From Candidatus Sungiibacteriota bacterium (GTDB lineage: Bacteria; Patescibacteriota; Minisyncoccia; Sungbacterales; SURF-37), in the NCBI GenBank assembly GCA_016186145.1, contig JACPMF010000007.1, positions 19,302 through 83,301 of the forward strand: a stretch of 64,000 nucleotides of DNA, given 5' to 3'. Below are positions 28,915-37,914 of this stretch, one piece after another. How positions within the stretch are numbered: position 1 is the stretch's first letter; each line of letters starts with the position of its first letter. The notes below the pieces were generated by a model. That model did not search any database, was not told the DNA's origin, and saw only the letters and a list, made by a program, of their open reading frames with translations. The position numbers and the translations under genes were made by a program.

Positions 28915-29519
28915 TTTGCGGCTCCGCCGAGGTTTCTCAGCGCCTCCTTGATTCTTTTTTCCGGGCTGATTACTTCATTCGGCACCCGCCGAAGCGCTTC
29001 ACGAGCCTCGCTTTGTGAGTAGCCGAGCGAAACAAGCGCTTCGAGCGCATCTGCTTCTTCTTTTAACTCCGGTGCTTCTACTAAAACCCCCTTTCCGGCC
29101 ATTTTTTCTCTAAGCTCTAAAACAATTTTTTCCGCGGTTTTTCTGCCGATACCGGAAACTCGAGTAAGATATGAAGTATCGCCCGCGGCAATCGCCCTTT
29201 TAAGCGTGTCGAGCGGCGCGATATTCATAATGCCAAGTCCGCTTTTCGGCCCGATGCCGGAAATATTAATAAGCATCTCAAAAAACTCAAGCTCCGGATG
29301 GTGTAAAAATCCATAAAGCTCAAGCGCGTCTTCCCGCACATACAGGTGCACCCATAACTTTACCCTGAGCGAAGTCGAAGGGTTGGAACTCTCGTCTTTT
29401 TCTGGTATTTTTTTGAGCGTTTCGGGCGCAACGAATACGCGGTAACCAATGCCGCCGGCATTAATGACAACGTAGCGCTGGCCCTTAAAAACTGCTGCAC
29501 CGTCAAGATATGCAATCAT
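28911..29519 (-). CDS. ruvA: Holliday junction branch migration protein RuvA
   Basis: MIAYL.G, GIGY, VRED..LYGF, GIGPK, GIGRKTA, ALVSLGY. Confidence 0.95.
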   Translation of the reverse strand: MIAYLDGAAVFKGQRYVVINAGGIGYRVFVAPETLKKIPEKDESSNPSTSLRVKLWVHLYVREDALELYGFLHHPELEFFEMLINISGIGPKSGLGIMNIAPLDTLKRAIAAGDTSYLTRVSGIGRKTAEKIVLELREKMAGKGVLVEAPELKEEADALEALVSLGYSQSEAREALRRVPNEVISPEKRIKEALRNLGGAAK

Positions 29520-29599
29520 CTCATTTTCAGCATAACACGATTCCGCAAACAAAAAAGCGGATTATTCCAACCCGCCCATCTAAAGGACATCGATCACAA

Positions 29600-29887
29600 C
29601 TACCGCTTCTTTAGCGTAATCGCTTTCAGTTGACACTTGGGATTACTACACTCCTGGCGCCGTTCCCCGCTTTCGCCTACTATATCTTCCGAAAGTTCTT
29701 CGCTACACCATGGACATGGAGACCGAAACACAGGATTCCACCCGCGGATCCAATAATACAGAAGAAGAAAGACAGCAACCAACACGCCCCCCGCAATTGC
29801 AAGTACGCCAACACCCCAAAGCTGATGCCACATGCTCCCAGCGTCCATTTCGGCTAACCCCTTTTTAATCTCAAAATTAAGGTGCAC
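29600..29887 (-). CDS. Small TM plus zinc-ribbon protein
   Basis: Hydrophobic helix, CPWC..CSNPKC. Confidence 0.55.
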   Translation of the reverse strand: MHLNFEIKKGLAEMDAGSMWHQLWGVGVLAIAGGVLVAVFLLLYYWIRGWNPVFRSPCPWCSEELSEDIVGESGERRQECSNPKCQLKAITLKKR

Positions 29888-29914
29888 TATGGTAATAACA
29901 AATAGCGCTCTATA

Positions 29915-31957
29915 ATGTCAAACTTCAAACTTTTTTCAAATTTCAAACCAACCGGAGATCAACCGGGCGCCATTAGCCGACTAACGGCAAATCTGCACGC
30001 CGGCATTAAACATCAAACCCTCTTAGGGGTAACCGGTTCCGGGAAAACATTCACGATGGCAAACGTTATTGAGCGCGTGCAGAAACCAACGCTTGTAATC
30101 TCGCACAACAAAACGCTCGCCGGACAGCTTTACCAGGAATTCAAAGAGTTTTTTCCGAAGAATTCGGTCCATTATTTCGTGTCGTACTACGACTACTACC
30201 AACCGGAAGCATACATTCCCCGAACGGATACCTATATAGAAAAGGATGCAAAAATCAACGATATAATAGACGCCCTCCGGCACGCCGCAACCGCATCCCT
30301 CCTGACGCGCAACGACGTCATTATCGTCGCATCCGTATCGTGCATCTACGGCATCGGCGACCCGGAGGAATACGAAAAAATCACTCTTGATTTAGAAATC
30401 GGCAAAAAAATCGCGCGTCGCGATCTTTTACACTACCTTGTTCTTTTGCAATACGCCAAAAATGAATTTGATCCGCGCCAAGGACATTTCCGCGCGCGAG
30501 GAGACATGATAGAGATTTACCTTCCGTCCGGAGAAGAAATAATCGACGTGGAACTTGAAAACAATATAGTCGTATCGCTGAAGAAACGCCGGCAGCAAAA
30601 CCAAATTCACGATTCTGAATTCCAAACGCTTAATTCCGCGAAAATCTTTCCGGCGAAACACTTTGTCACGCCGCGCCAGAAACTTGAACTGGCCATAAAA
30701 AATATCCGCCAGGAACTGAAAGAACGCCTCTCGGCGCTCAAGAAAAACGGACGGCCGCTCGAAGCCGAGCGGCTGGAGCAACGAACCCATTTTGACCTGG
30801 AAATGTTGAAAGAAACCGGATATACGAACGGGATTGAGAATTATTCCCGCCACCTATCATTTCGCGAACCCGGTTCTCCGCCATCCACCCTTATCGACTA
30901 CTACCGCCACCGTTTTGGCAATCAGTTTCTTGTATTTATCGACGAATCGCATGTGTCTATTCCACAACTTCGCGGCATGTATCACGGCGACTATGCGCGA
31001 AAGCAAACCCTTGTTGATTACGGCTTCCGCTTGCCGTCTGCCATAGACAACAGACCGCTGAAGTTCACGGAGTTTGATAAAAAAATTAACCAACGAATTT
31101 ATGTTTCAGCAACACCGTCTGAGTATGAACTTAATCTGAGCCGCAGTTCGCATTCAGGCGTTCTAAGTTCTCCGCCAGAGGCGGATAAGCTCAAAGTCCC
31201 AAATTCATACGTCGTAGAGCAGTTCATCCGTCCGACCGGAGTTCTTGACCCGGAAACCGAAATCCGACCGACAAAGGGTCAAATCAAAAATGTCATCGCT
31301 GAAATTAAAAAACGCGTAGCCAAAAAAGAACGCTCTCTCGTCCTCGCTCTGACAAAACGCCTCGCAGAAGATATCGCCGAATACCTGCAGGAAGCGGGCA
31401 TCAAAGCCGAATACCTCCACTCCGAAGTAAAAACACTGGAACGCTCTGATATCCTCAAAAATTTGAGAACGGGAAAACATGACGTAATCGTCGGCATCAA
31501 TCTTTTGCGGGAAGGCCTTGATCTGCCGGAGGTTTCTCTTATCGCCATCCTGGACGCCGACAAGGAAGGATTTTTGAGAAACGAAACAACTCTCCTTCAA
31601 ATCATGGGGCGCGCCGCGCGGCATGTTGACGGCAAGGTGGTTCTCTACGCGGACACCATAACCGATTCGATGCGGCGGGCAATCGGCGAAACGAAGCGCC
31701 GGAGAAAAATTCAAGCGGAATACAACAAAAACAACGGCATTACCCCAAAAAAAATTGAAAAGGCAATACGAAAATCTCTCCTTGAAGAAATCGCTCCCGC
31801 CAAAAAGGAAGAAGAAATTTTTACGCCTTTAAACGCGCCCTCTCGAGAGGCTGTATCCGCCTTAGAGCGCGAGATGCGTAAAGCGGCAAAGGAGATGAAC
31901 TTCGAATTGGCCGCGAGAATTAGAGATCGTATTAAAATGTATAAACAGCAAAAATGA
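29915..31957 (+). CDS. uvrB: Excinuclease ABC subunit B
   Basis: GVTGSGKT, YYDYYQPEAY, DESH, GRAAR, C-terminal UVR domain. Confidence 0.98.
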   Translation: MSNFKLFSNFKPTGDQPGAISRLTANLHAGIKHQTLLGVTGSGKTFTMANVIERVQKPTLVISHNKTLAGQLYQEFKEFFPKNSVHYFVSYYDYYQPEAYIPRTDTYIEKDAKINDIIDALRHAATASLLTRNDVIIVASVSCIYGIGDPEEYEKITLDLEIGKKIARRDLLHYLVLLQYAKNEFDPRQGHFRARGDMIEIYLPSGEEIIDVELENNIVVSLKKRRQQNQIHDSEFQTLNSAKIFPAKHFVTPRQKLELAIKNIRQELKERLSALKKNGRPLEAERLEQRTHFDLEMLKETGYTNGIENYSRHLSFREPGSPPSTLIDYYRHRFGNQFLVFIDESHVSIPQLRGMYHGDYARKQTLVDYGFRLPSAIDNRPLKFTEFDKKINQRIYVSATPSEYELNLSRSSHSGVLSSPPEADKLKVPNSYVVEQFIRPTGVLDPETEIRPTKGQIKNVIAEIKKRVAKKERSLVLALTKRLAEDIAEYLQEAGIKAEYLHSEVKTLERSDILKNLRTGKHDVIVGINLLREGLDLPEVSLIAILDADKEGFLRNETTLLQIMGRAARHVDGKVVLYADTITDSMRRAIGETKRRRKIQAEYNKNNGITPKKIEKAIRKSLLEEIAPAKKEEEIFTPLNAPSREAVSALEREMRKAAKEMNFELAARIRDRIKMYKQQK

Positions 31958-31960
31958 AAA

Positions 31961-32288
31961 AGTCCCGATTTTGTCAAAATTTTAATCGCTCATGTTCTAC
32001 ACATATATACTAAAATCGACCAGAACTGGTGAATACTACATTGGCTATACTGGCGATCTCTACCAACGCTTGTACGAACACAATAAAAACCGAGTTAAAG
32101 CTACACGCGGAAAGGGTCCTTGGAAAGTATTCAATCGGGAAAAATTTCTCACCGAGTATGAGGCTATTAGAAGAGAACGGCAAATAAAAAGCTGGAAAAG
32201 CCGGCGGATGATTGAACGATTAAAATTTTGATACAAAATCGAGGATCCTCGATTCGCCAGCCGCACTTGGCGCGGGGCGAATCGGGAC
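31961..32288. mobile_element. Palindrome-bounded GIY-YIG cassette (putative mobile element)
   Basis: Gene lies in the loop of the IR CGATTTTGTCAAAATTTTAATCG / CGATTAAAATTTTGATACAAAATCG, within the scaffold shared with 440-529. Confidence 0.6.
31992..32231 (+). CDS. Stand-alone GIY-YIG nuclease (UPF0213-like)
   Basis: YTYIL..YYIGYT..RL.EHN..A.RRE..IK. Confidence 0.92.
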   Translation: MFYTYILKSTRTGEYYIGYTGDLYQRLYEHNKNRVKATRGKGPWKVFNREKFLTEYEAIRRERQIKSWKSRRMIERLKF

Positions 32289-32289
32289 A

Positions 32290-32361
32290 GCAAAGGAAAT
32301 GAATTTTGAACTCGCCGCAAAAATCCGCGACCGAATAAAGACCTATCGGAAAAATGGTTGA
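32290..32361 (+). pseudogene. Orphan second copy of the uvrB 3' end
   Basis: Translates AKEMNFELAAKIRDRIKTYRKNG* versus uvrB AKEMNFELAARIRDRIKMYKQQK*. Confidence 0.85.
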
Positions 32362-32433
32362 CGGGCGCAGACTTTCTAAGTATCATTTCAGAGCACTTTC
32401 ACAACAAACAGGAAGGTCGATTGGAGGCCCAAC

Positions 32434-32868
32434 ATGATAAATCTCGGATCGTCGTGCCGAACAAACCCGATACGAGCCATAGACGCACGGGAAGAAACTT
32501 TCGATATTCTCAGAATTGCGGAGTATCTTGGATGGGAAAAACTGGAAGCAGAAAGTGACGACATCGTATCAGGCAAACGCTGCCCCCGCTTTAAATTGAT
32601 GGTAATGCAAAAGGGAATACACGGCCAAAAAAACGTAATCGCAATAACGGAAGAAAGATCCGAGGCCTCTTACGGACCAACAATCGTTCTTAAAAAACCG
32701 GAAATGACAAGATTTTTATATTTTTTTGTCGACACTGAAGACGGCGGGGAGCAAGAAGTAAAAATGGTCACCATAACAAACTCTTCCGGCTCGCAGATAA
32801 TAATTCGAAAAGAATTCGGGCTCCAAAAACAAAACGAGCCAACCTATAACTTCCTCGCGATAATCTAG
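32434..32868 (+). CDS. Hypothetical protein
   Basis: GGAGG SD, 144 aa, terminator near 32882-32908. Confidence 0.6.
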   Translation: MINLGSSCRTNPIRAIDAREETFDILRIAEYLGWEKLEAESDDIVSGKRCPRFKLMVMQKGIHGQKNVIAITEERSEASYGPTIVLKKPEMTRFLYFFVDTEDGGEQEVKMVTITNSSGSQIIIRKEFGLQKQNEPTYNFLAII

Positions 32869-32973
32869 AACAACACCGCTTAAGCCACATACGTTACGTG
32901 GCTTTTTTCTTAACCAGCACAACGCACAACGTTAATGTTGACAAAAAACTCTCCTTTGATAAACTAATATCAT

Positions 32974-33180
32974 ATGGCAAATACTGTCCAGATACCAAAA
33001 CCCGTCCTTAGTGAATTTCTCGAGGCTGGAAGAAGATTTAACGCAGCCGAAGACGCGCTAGAAAATTTTTTGCTGGCCGCCGATAAGGACTTTATAAAAA
33101 AAATGCGTGATTTAAGAAACTTGCACAAGGCCGGAAAGCTTTCCGATTGGTCAAAACTCAAAACGAAATATGGCTTATGA
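32974..33180 (+). CDS. Putative antitoxin
   Basis: Small ORF overlapping the downstream RelE-like gene; TTGACA upstream. Confidence 0.65.
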   Translation: MANTVQIPKPVLSEFLEAGRRFNAAEDALENFLLAADKDFIKKMRDLRNLHKAGKLSDWSKLKTKYGL

Positions 33181-33451
33181 TATCCGGCCGCACAATTCTT
33201 TCGAGCGGCCGTTTTCTAAACTCACAACAGGCGATAAAAAACGAGTTATTGAAAAGCTAGAACTTATAGCGCAGCACCCGGAAAAGACCGGAGCACCCAT
33301 GGGCAACCTGCCAGCAGATCTGCGAGGACTTCATAAAATAAGAGTCGGCGATCGGCGTTTGTTCTTTTGGGTAGACAATGAAAAGAAAGAAATTGTTCCG
33401 TATACTATAGATAAACACGATAAAGCGTACAAAAATTTGTACAAAAGCTAA
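33170..33451 (+). CDS. RelE/ParE family toxin
   Basis: L.GLHKIRVGDRRL..WVD; size and context. Confidence 0.8.
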   Translation: MAYDIRPHNSFERPFSKLTTGDKKRVIEKLELIAQHPEKTGAPMGNLPADLRGLHKIRVGDRRLFFWVDNEKKEIVPYTIDKHDKAYKNLYKS

Positions 33452-33457
33452 ATAAGT

Positions 33458-33724
33458 ATGCCGATAACTAAATCAGCAAAAAAAGCACTGCGCCAATCGA
33501 TAAAAAGGCGCGCCAGAAACCTCAAACGAAAAGAGGAATTCAAACAAGCCGTAAAAGAGGTAAAAAAGCTTGTTGCCGCCGGGAAAACTAAGGAGGCCCA
33601 ATTACTGATACCGAAAGTTTATAAGGCCCTTGATAAAGCGGCGAAAACCGGCGCAATTAAAAAAAACGCGGCCGCAAGAAGAAAATCGCGCATCGCGAAG
33701 TTGATAGCAAAAAATAAGCAGTGA
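33458..33724 (+). CDS. rpsT: 30S ribosomal protein S20
   Basis: MPITKSAKKALRQ..LDKAAK.G.IKKN.AARRKSR. Confidence 0.97.
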   Translation: MPITKSAKKALRQSIKRRARNLKRKEEFKQAVKEVKKLVAAGKTKEAQLLIPKVYKALDKAAKTGAIKKNAAARRKSRIAKLIAKNKQ

Positions 33725-33734
33725 GCCGGCCAAA

Positions 33735-34661
33735 CTATCCTGTCTGCCGCCCCCCCACAAACAACTCCAGAAACGCAACCGGACCCGAAAGGCGTCCGGT
33801 TTTTATGTTTTCGTCCACGCGGAGAAGCCGCCGATAGTCGAAAATGATTTTTTTCAAAGACAGCCCGGCCGCGGTCTGATAAGTTTTTTTCGCAACAAAC
33901 TCATGAAGACCGAGCGCCCGGCCAACTGCCGACGGTGCTGTGTTTTTCTCGATGGCCGCGCGAAAAGAAATCAACGAACGAAGCGTTTTCGCGAGCGCGC
34001 CAAGAAGGTACAATTCATGCTCGCCGGCAAAAAGAAGCCGCAGAGCCGCCCCCAAAGAACGCCCTCTTTTACCGACAAATGAATCCGTAAAATCCCAAAT
34101 TTTTGCTTCCCGGAGACCCTCGCCATTTTCAAAAAGAAACCCTGCCTCAACTTTTGAAAGTTCACTGGTTAGTTTCCAAAGATCGCCGCCGGAAGAATCA
34201 AGAAGCAGTCGTTTGGCTTCTGACCGGAGAGTCGCCCCCCTACGGAGAAGTTCTTTCTCAAACCAGGAAGCGAGTTTTACTCCCGACAACAACCGGAATT
34301 CTTGAGTCTTTACGGCACTCTCTCGAACAGTAGAAAGTATCTCGCTTTCCTCAACCATAACCGGATCCCAAAAAACGAACGTACAATCTTTTGATGCGGC
34401 CCACTCCTTAAGAAGCGGCCTCACCAAAGAAAACTGTTTTTCTCCCGCCCCAGAAATTCTTTCGATAATAAAAAGCCGCCTTGGCGCCAAAAAAGACGGC
34501 GTGCGGCTCTCGTACCCAACCACTTCGATATTTTCCTCCTCGGCGTCAACGCGCTTTACAAAAGCAGCAGCCCCGCCGGCCTTCTTTCTAAATTCTCCGA
34601 CTATGCCGCGGAGAGTCATGCGGCTGCGGTAGGTATCGGGACCGGAAAGAAGATAGATCAT
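33735..34661 (-). CDS. holA: DNA polymerase III delta subunit
   Basis: IYLL.G.D, DLW.L..EL.K, H.FV..K, D..IKTG. Confidence 0.85.
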   Translation of the reverse strand: MIYLLSGPDTYRSRMTLRGIVGEFRKKAGGAAAFVKRVDAEEENIEVVGYESRTPSFLAPRRLFIIERISGAGEKQFSLVRPLLKEWAASKDCTFVFWDPVMVEESEILSTVRESAVKTQEFRLLSGVKLASWFEKELLRRGATLRSEAKRLLLDSSGGDLWKLTSELSKVEAGFLFENGEGLREAKIWDFTDSFVGKRGRSLGAALRLLFAGEHELYLLGALAKTLRSLISFRAAIEKNTAPSAVGRALGLHEFVAKKTYQTAAGLSLKKIIFDYRRLLRVDENIKTGRLSGPVAFLELFVGGRQTG

Positions 34662-34846
34662 GCGAATTTTATTTACGAGCGTTAGCGAGTAACTATAAAA
34701 TTCAGCACCCTGTTAAATAATTTCGCCTCTAGCGAAATTCCCTTGGCAAATAAAATCGAGGGTTTATTTGCCAAGAGATTTAACAGGGTAAAGGTTTTGT
34801 AGCTATTTTTGCTTCGCCTCCGGCTCATAAAAATAGACAAAGCCCT
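34662..34846 (-). repeat. Composite stop-to-start structured element, copy C
   Basis: TAA|AGGGCTTT-hairpin-CAAAACCTTTA-CCCTGTTAAAT...ATTTAACAGGG-TGCTGAATTTTATAGTT...AAAATTCGC|ATG. Confidence 0.85.
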
Positions 34847-35251
34847 TTATAGGTACTCGCTCCGTATAATCGTCTGAACTTTTTCGATAATTTCGCCCGG
34901 CGTAAAATAGGCCTTAACCAAGTAATCTTTCACTCCGAAACTTTTCGCGCGCCTTACATCTTCTTCCTGGCCGAGGTTCGAGAGAACCACAACGGGAATT
35001 TTTTTCAAATCCGGATCGTCCTGCATTGTCCGTAACACCTCAAACCCGTCAAGGATCGGGGGCAGAAGATCGAGAAGGATGATGTGCGGCCGCGGCTCAC
35101 CTTTCATTTTTACCAGCGCTTCTTGACCATTCTCCGCGCTTATTACTAATAAGCCCTCGCGCTTCAACTTTTCTGCAAGAAGCGTCAGCAAAAATTTATC
35201 GTCCTCAACGACCAAAATGACAAATTTGTTAAGCGCAATTCCGTTAGGCAT
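34847..35251 (-). CDS. Single-domain response regulator
   Basis: VEDD, LLD, DGF, SN, YLVK receiver motifs. Confidence 0.9.
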   Translation of the reverse strand: MPNGIALNKFVILVVEDDKFLLTLLAEKLKREGLLVISAENGQEALVKMKGEPRPHIILLDLLPPILDGFEVLRTMQDDPDLKKIPVVVLSNLGQEEDVRRAKSFGVKDYLVKAYFTPGEIIEKVQTIIRSEYL

Positions 35252-35321
35252 GTTTTAACAAGTTTATTGCTCTCATGTTCCAACTATACCACAATGCTAA
35301 ACCGAATCCAGAACCCAAGGC

Positions 35322-37076
35322 TTATAACCCTTCTACTTTCCCTCGCGGCATATCGCGGGGGTCTAACGGAAAATTGAGTGAAAATGAGCTTCCTTTATTC
35401 TCCGCGCTTTCAACGGTTACGATTCCCTTGTGCCTCTCCATAACTTCATTCGCAATCCAGAGGCCCAATCCCGATCCTTCCGTTTGCACACGGATCGCGT
35501 TTCTCGCCCGAAAGAATTTTTGAAAAATGAATTTCTGCTGGTCGCGCGGTATCCCAATGCCCGTGTCTTTAACAATGCAACTGAGGGTTTTTCCAGAAAC
35601 CCGAAAAGAGATTTGAACGGACCCTTTAGGGGTGTACTTTACGGCATTATCCAAAATGTTAAAAATAGCGATCCGCAGTTTGCTTGCATCTGCGGAAATC
35701 GGCGGTAGCGCCCTATCCGGCTTCTCTAAAACGAAAGACAGCTGCCGCCGACGCCCACCGGCAGGATGCGAAATCTCTTCAAAAACTTCCCGTACCGCAT
35801 CATAAAGCTGGACGCGTTTAAAAACATACCCGAATCTTCCCTCCTCAATGCGCGAAACGTCAAGAAGATCGCTCACCAAACGAATAAGATAGTCGTTCGT
35901 AGTATGGGTTTTCCCAAGAATATTTTTCTGCTCCTCATTCAATGGACCGACATCTTGGTTTAAAACCGTTGCGAGAGCCCACTTGATCTCCGAGAGCGGC
36001 GTTCTCAACTGGTGGGACGCGACCGAAACAAAGTTTAACTTCATCTCTTCAGACTCTTTCTCCCGGGTTATATCATGAAGCACCGCGACATGGCCAAGAT
36101 TTTCATTTCCGACCCCTCGCACCGGAAGCTTGGCGACTTGAAAAGAAATTTTTTGGGGAGCGGCGATGGAAAACTCCTTCGTTTCAAAATCGTTAACCGG
36201 CAGTGTTGAAATACTTATGATGTTTTCCAAAAAAGCAGTTTCTTTCGGACGGCGCTTCTGCTGGAGGCGGATATCCGCGAGGTTCCGCCCCTCAACAAGC
36301 TTCCGCGGAACCCAAAGCAATTCCTCGGCTCTTGGATTGAAAAAAGTTACTCTTCCTTCCGGATCATACATGATAATCCCGTCAGCCAAGCTATTCACGA
36401 TAGCGATAGTTTTATTGCGCTCGGCAGCAAGGTCGGAAAAAATTTGCGCGTTGGTGATCGCCGTTGCTGCCTGATTCGCCGCAACCGTCGCAAGACGCAT
36501 CTCAAAATCGGTGAACGGGTGAACTCCCGGGAAATAGAGACACATTCCGCCAACAACTCCCCGTTTGCTTACGGTAGGAAGACAAAGAAGCGCGCGGTAA
36601 TCCTGTCTTCGTATAGCAGTTCTCCATTTCGGCCCCAAATCTTTTATGAGATTCGGGTCCGTTAAGATATCGCTCGTACCCCACGCTTTTCCGCTTTTTA
36701 CCGTCCTCCCAATCCACGCAGTTCCGAGGCGAATGGGGTATTTACGCGAATGTTCCATATACGCATTGGTCATCCCGTAATGGGCAGAAATAAAAACAGC
36801 CTTTTTGTCGGGGGTAAGTTCCCAAAAATTAACCCATTTCGCGCCAACCGCCTTGGCAATGATTTTTGCCATGTCTTCCAGAATTTTGTGCAAATCAACC
36901 TCTACCGTTAAGGTTTTTGAAACCTGCTCAAGGGCAACGAGAAGCTTCTGCTGCTTGCGGTGTTCTTTTTCAGAATGAATCGCGCTTATTCCTTTCGGCT
37001 TCGCGGCTATCGCGATGGTACGCCCTATTTTGCGATTGTTTGTCTTCGAATTTTTTTTGAAATTTCTCTCTCCCAT
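35322..37076 (-). CDS. GAF-PAS histidine kinase
   Basis: SHQLRTPL, NILDNAVKYT, DTGIGI, GSGLGL; GAF and PAS upstream; start uncertain. Confidence 0.92.
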   Translation of the reverse strand: MGERNFKKNSKTNNRKIGRTIAIAAKPKGISAIHSEKEHRKQQKLLVALEQVSKTLTVEVDLHKILEDMAKIIAKAVGAKWVNFWELTPDKKAVFISAHYGMTNAYMEHSRKYPIRLGTAWIGRTVKSGKAWGTSDILTDPNLIKDLGPKWRTAIRRQDYRALLCLPTVSKRGVVGGMCLYFPGVHPFTDFEMRLATVAANQAATAITNAQIFSDLAAERNKTIAIVNSLADGIIMYDPEGRVTFFNPRAEELLWVPRKLVEGRNLADIRLQQKRRPKETAFLENIISISTLPVNDFETKEFSIAAPQKISFQVAKLPVRGVGNENLGHVAVLHDITREKESEEMKLNFVSVASHQLRTPLSEIKWALATVLNQDVGPLNEEQKNILGKTHTTNDYLIRLVSDLLDVSRIEEGRFGYVFKRVQLYDAVREVFEEISHPAGGRRRQLSFVLEKPDRALPPISADASKLRIAIFNILDNAVKYTPKGSVQISFRVSGKTLSCIVKDTGIGIPRDQQKFIFQKFFRARNAIRVQTEGSGLGLWIANEVMERHKGIVTVESAENKGSSFSLNFPLDPRDMPRGKVEGL

Positions 37077-37168
37077 TGAGTTCTGTGGATATCTTTTGAG
37101 CGGTCTCTTAAAAAATGATATACTAGGCGCGTAAAAGGTCAACAACTAAACTAGCAACAATCAACATA

Positions 37169-37717
37169 ATGACTCTATCAAAATTCTTGCCAGTCGCGGC
37201 AATAGTCGGCATTCTTGCCGCATTATGGATCATCGTCGGCGTAAAGTTCGGGCTTGTCCTCTGGGTTCCCTTTTTAAGCTGGGCGCTCTTCTTTGGGGCG
37301 GGAGCCGGCAAATTCAGCCGCGTCCCTAAAGAAGTCATCGGACTTCTCGGAGGAACCATTGCGGCAATATTAGTAGTTTGGCTTCTCCCTGTCTTTACCC
37401 AATACCTGGGAAGTTTCTGGGCGCTCCCAGCACTTGTCTTTCTTGCGGGCTTTACTATCGTGATGCTTGAACTTACCAACTGGTTTGAACTCGCCCCTGC
37501 CTATTTCTACAGTTTTGCAGGATTTTTTGCGTACCTCTTCGGTGGATTTGCGAGCACAACAACGGTGAACTCGCAAATGGTCACCATGTTCGTATTACTC
37601 CTTCTTGCCGGTACGGCGCTGGGAGTAATAAGCGGGTTTCTCCGCAAAACAGTTCTTAATGCGCTGGGTGTTCCTCCGGAACAGCAAAAAACAATTTTTG
37701 ATAAAGAAACGATTTAA
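37169..37717 (+). CDS. DUF1097-like membrane protein
   Basis: W.PFLSWALFF.AG, 5-6 TM. Confidence 0.65.
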   Translation: MTLSKFLPVAAIVGILAALWIIVGVKFGLVLWVPFLSWALFFGAGAGKFSRVPKEVIGLLGGTIAAILVVWLLPVFTQYLGSFWALPALVFLAGFTIVMLELTNWFELAPAYFYSFAGFFAYLFGGFASTTTVNSQMVTMFVLLLLAGTALGVISGFLRKTVLNALGVPPEQQKTIFDKETI

Positions 37718-37797
37718 GAACAAAACACCTCTTTTACAATACCAGTATACTCCGCGCTACAACTTCGTTGTAGCGCGTTTATTTTATTTTAAAAGTC

Positions 37798-37912
37798 ATC
37801 TCAAAACTTACATCCGCGCTTTCCGCGTAACAATCCGCATCGATCCGCGGGGACTCCGCGGAAATATGCGGATAGCGACGCAGATTTATACGGAAGTCGA
37901 TTTTGAAATTGA
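37798..37912. repeat. TCCGCG-array inverted-repeat element, copy 2
   Basis: Colinear with 11500-11618. Confidence 0.75.
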
Positions 37913-37914
37913 TC

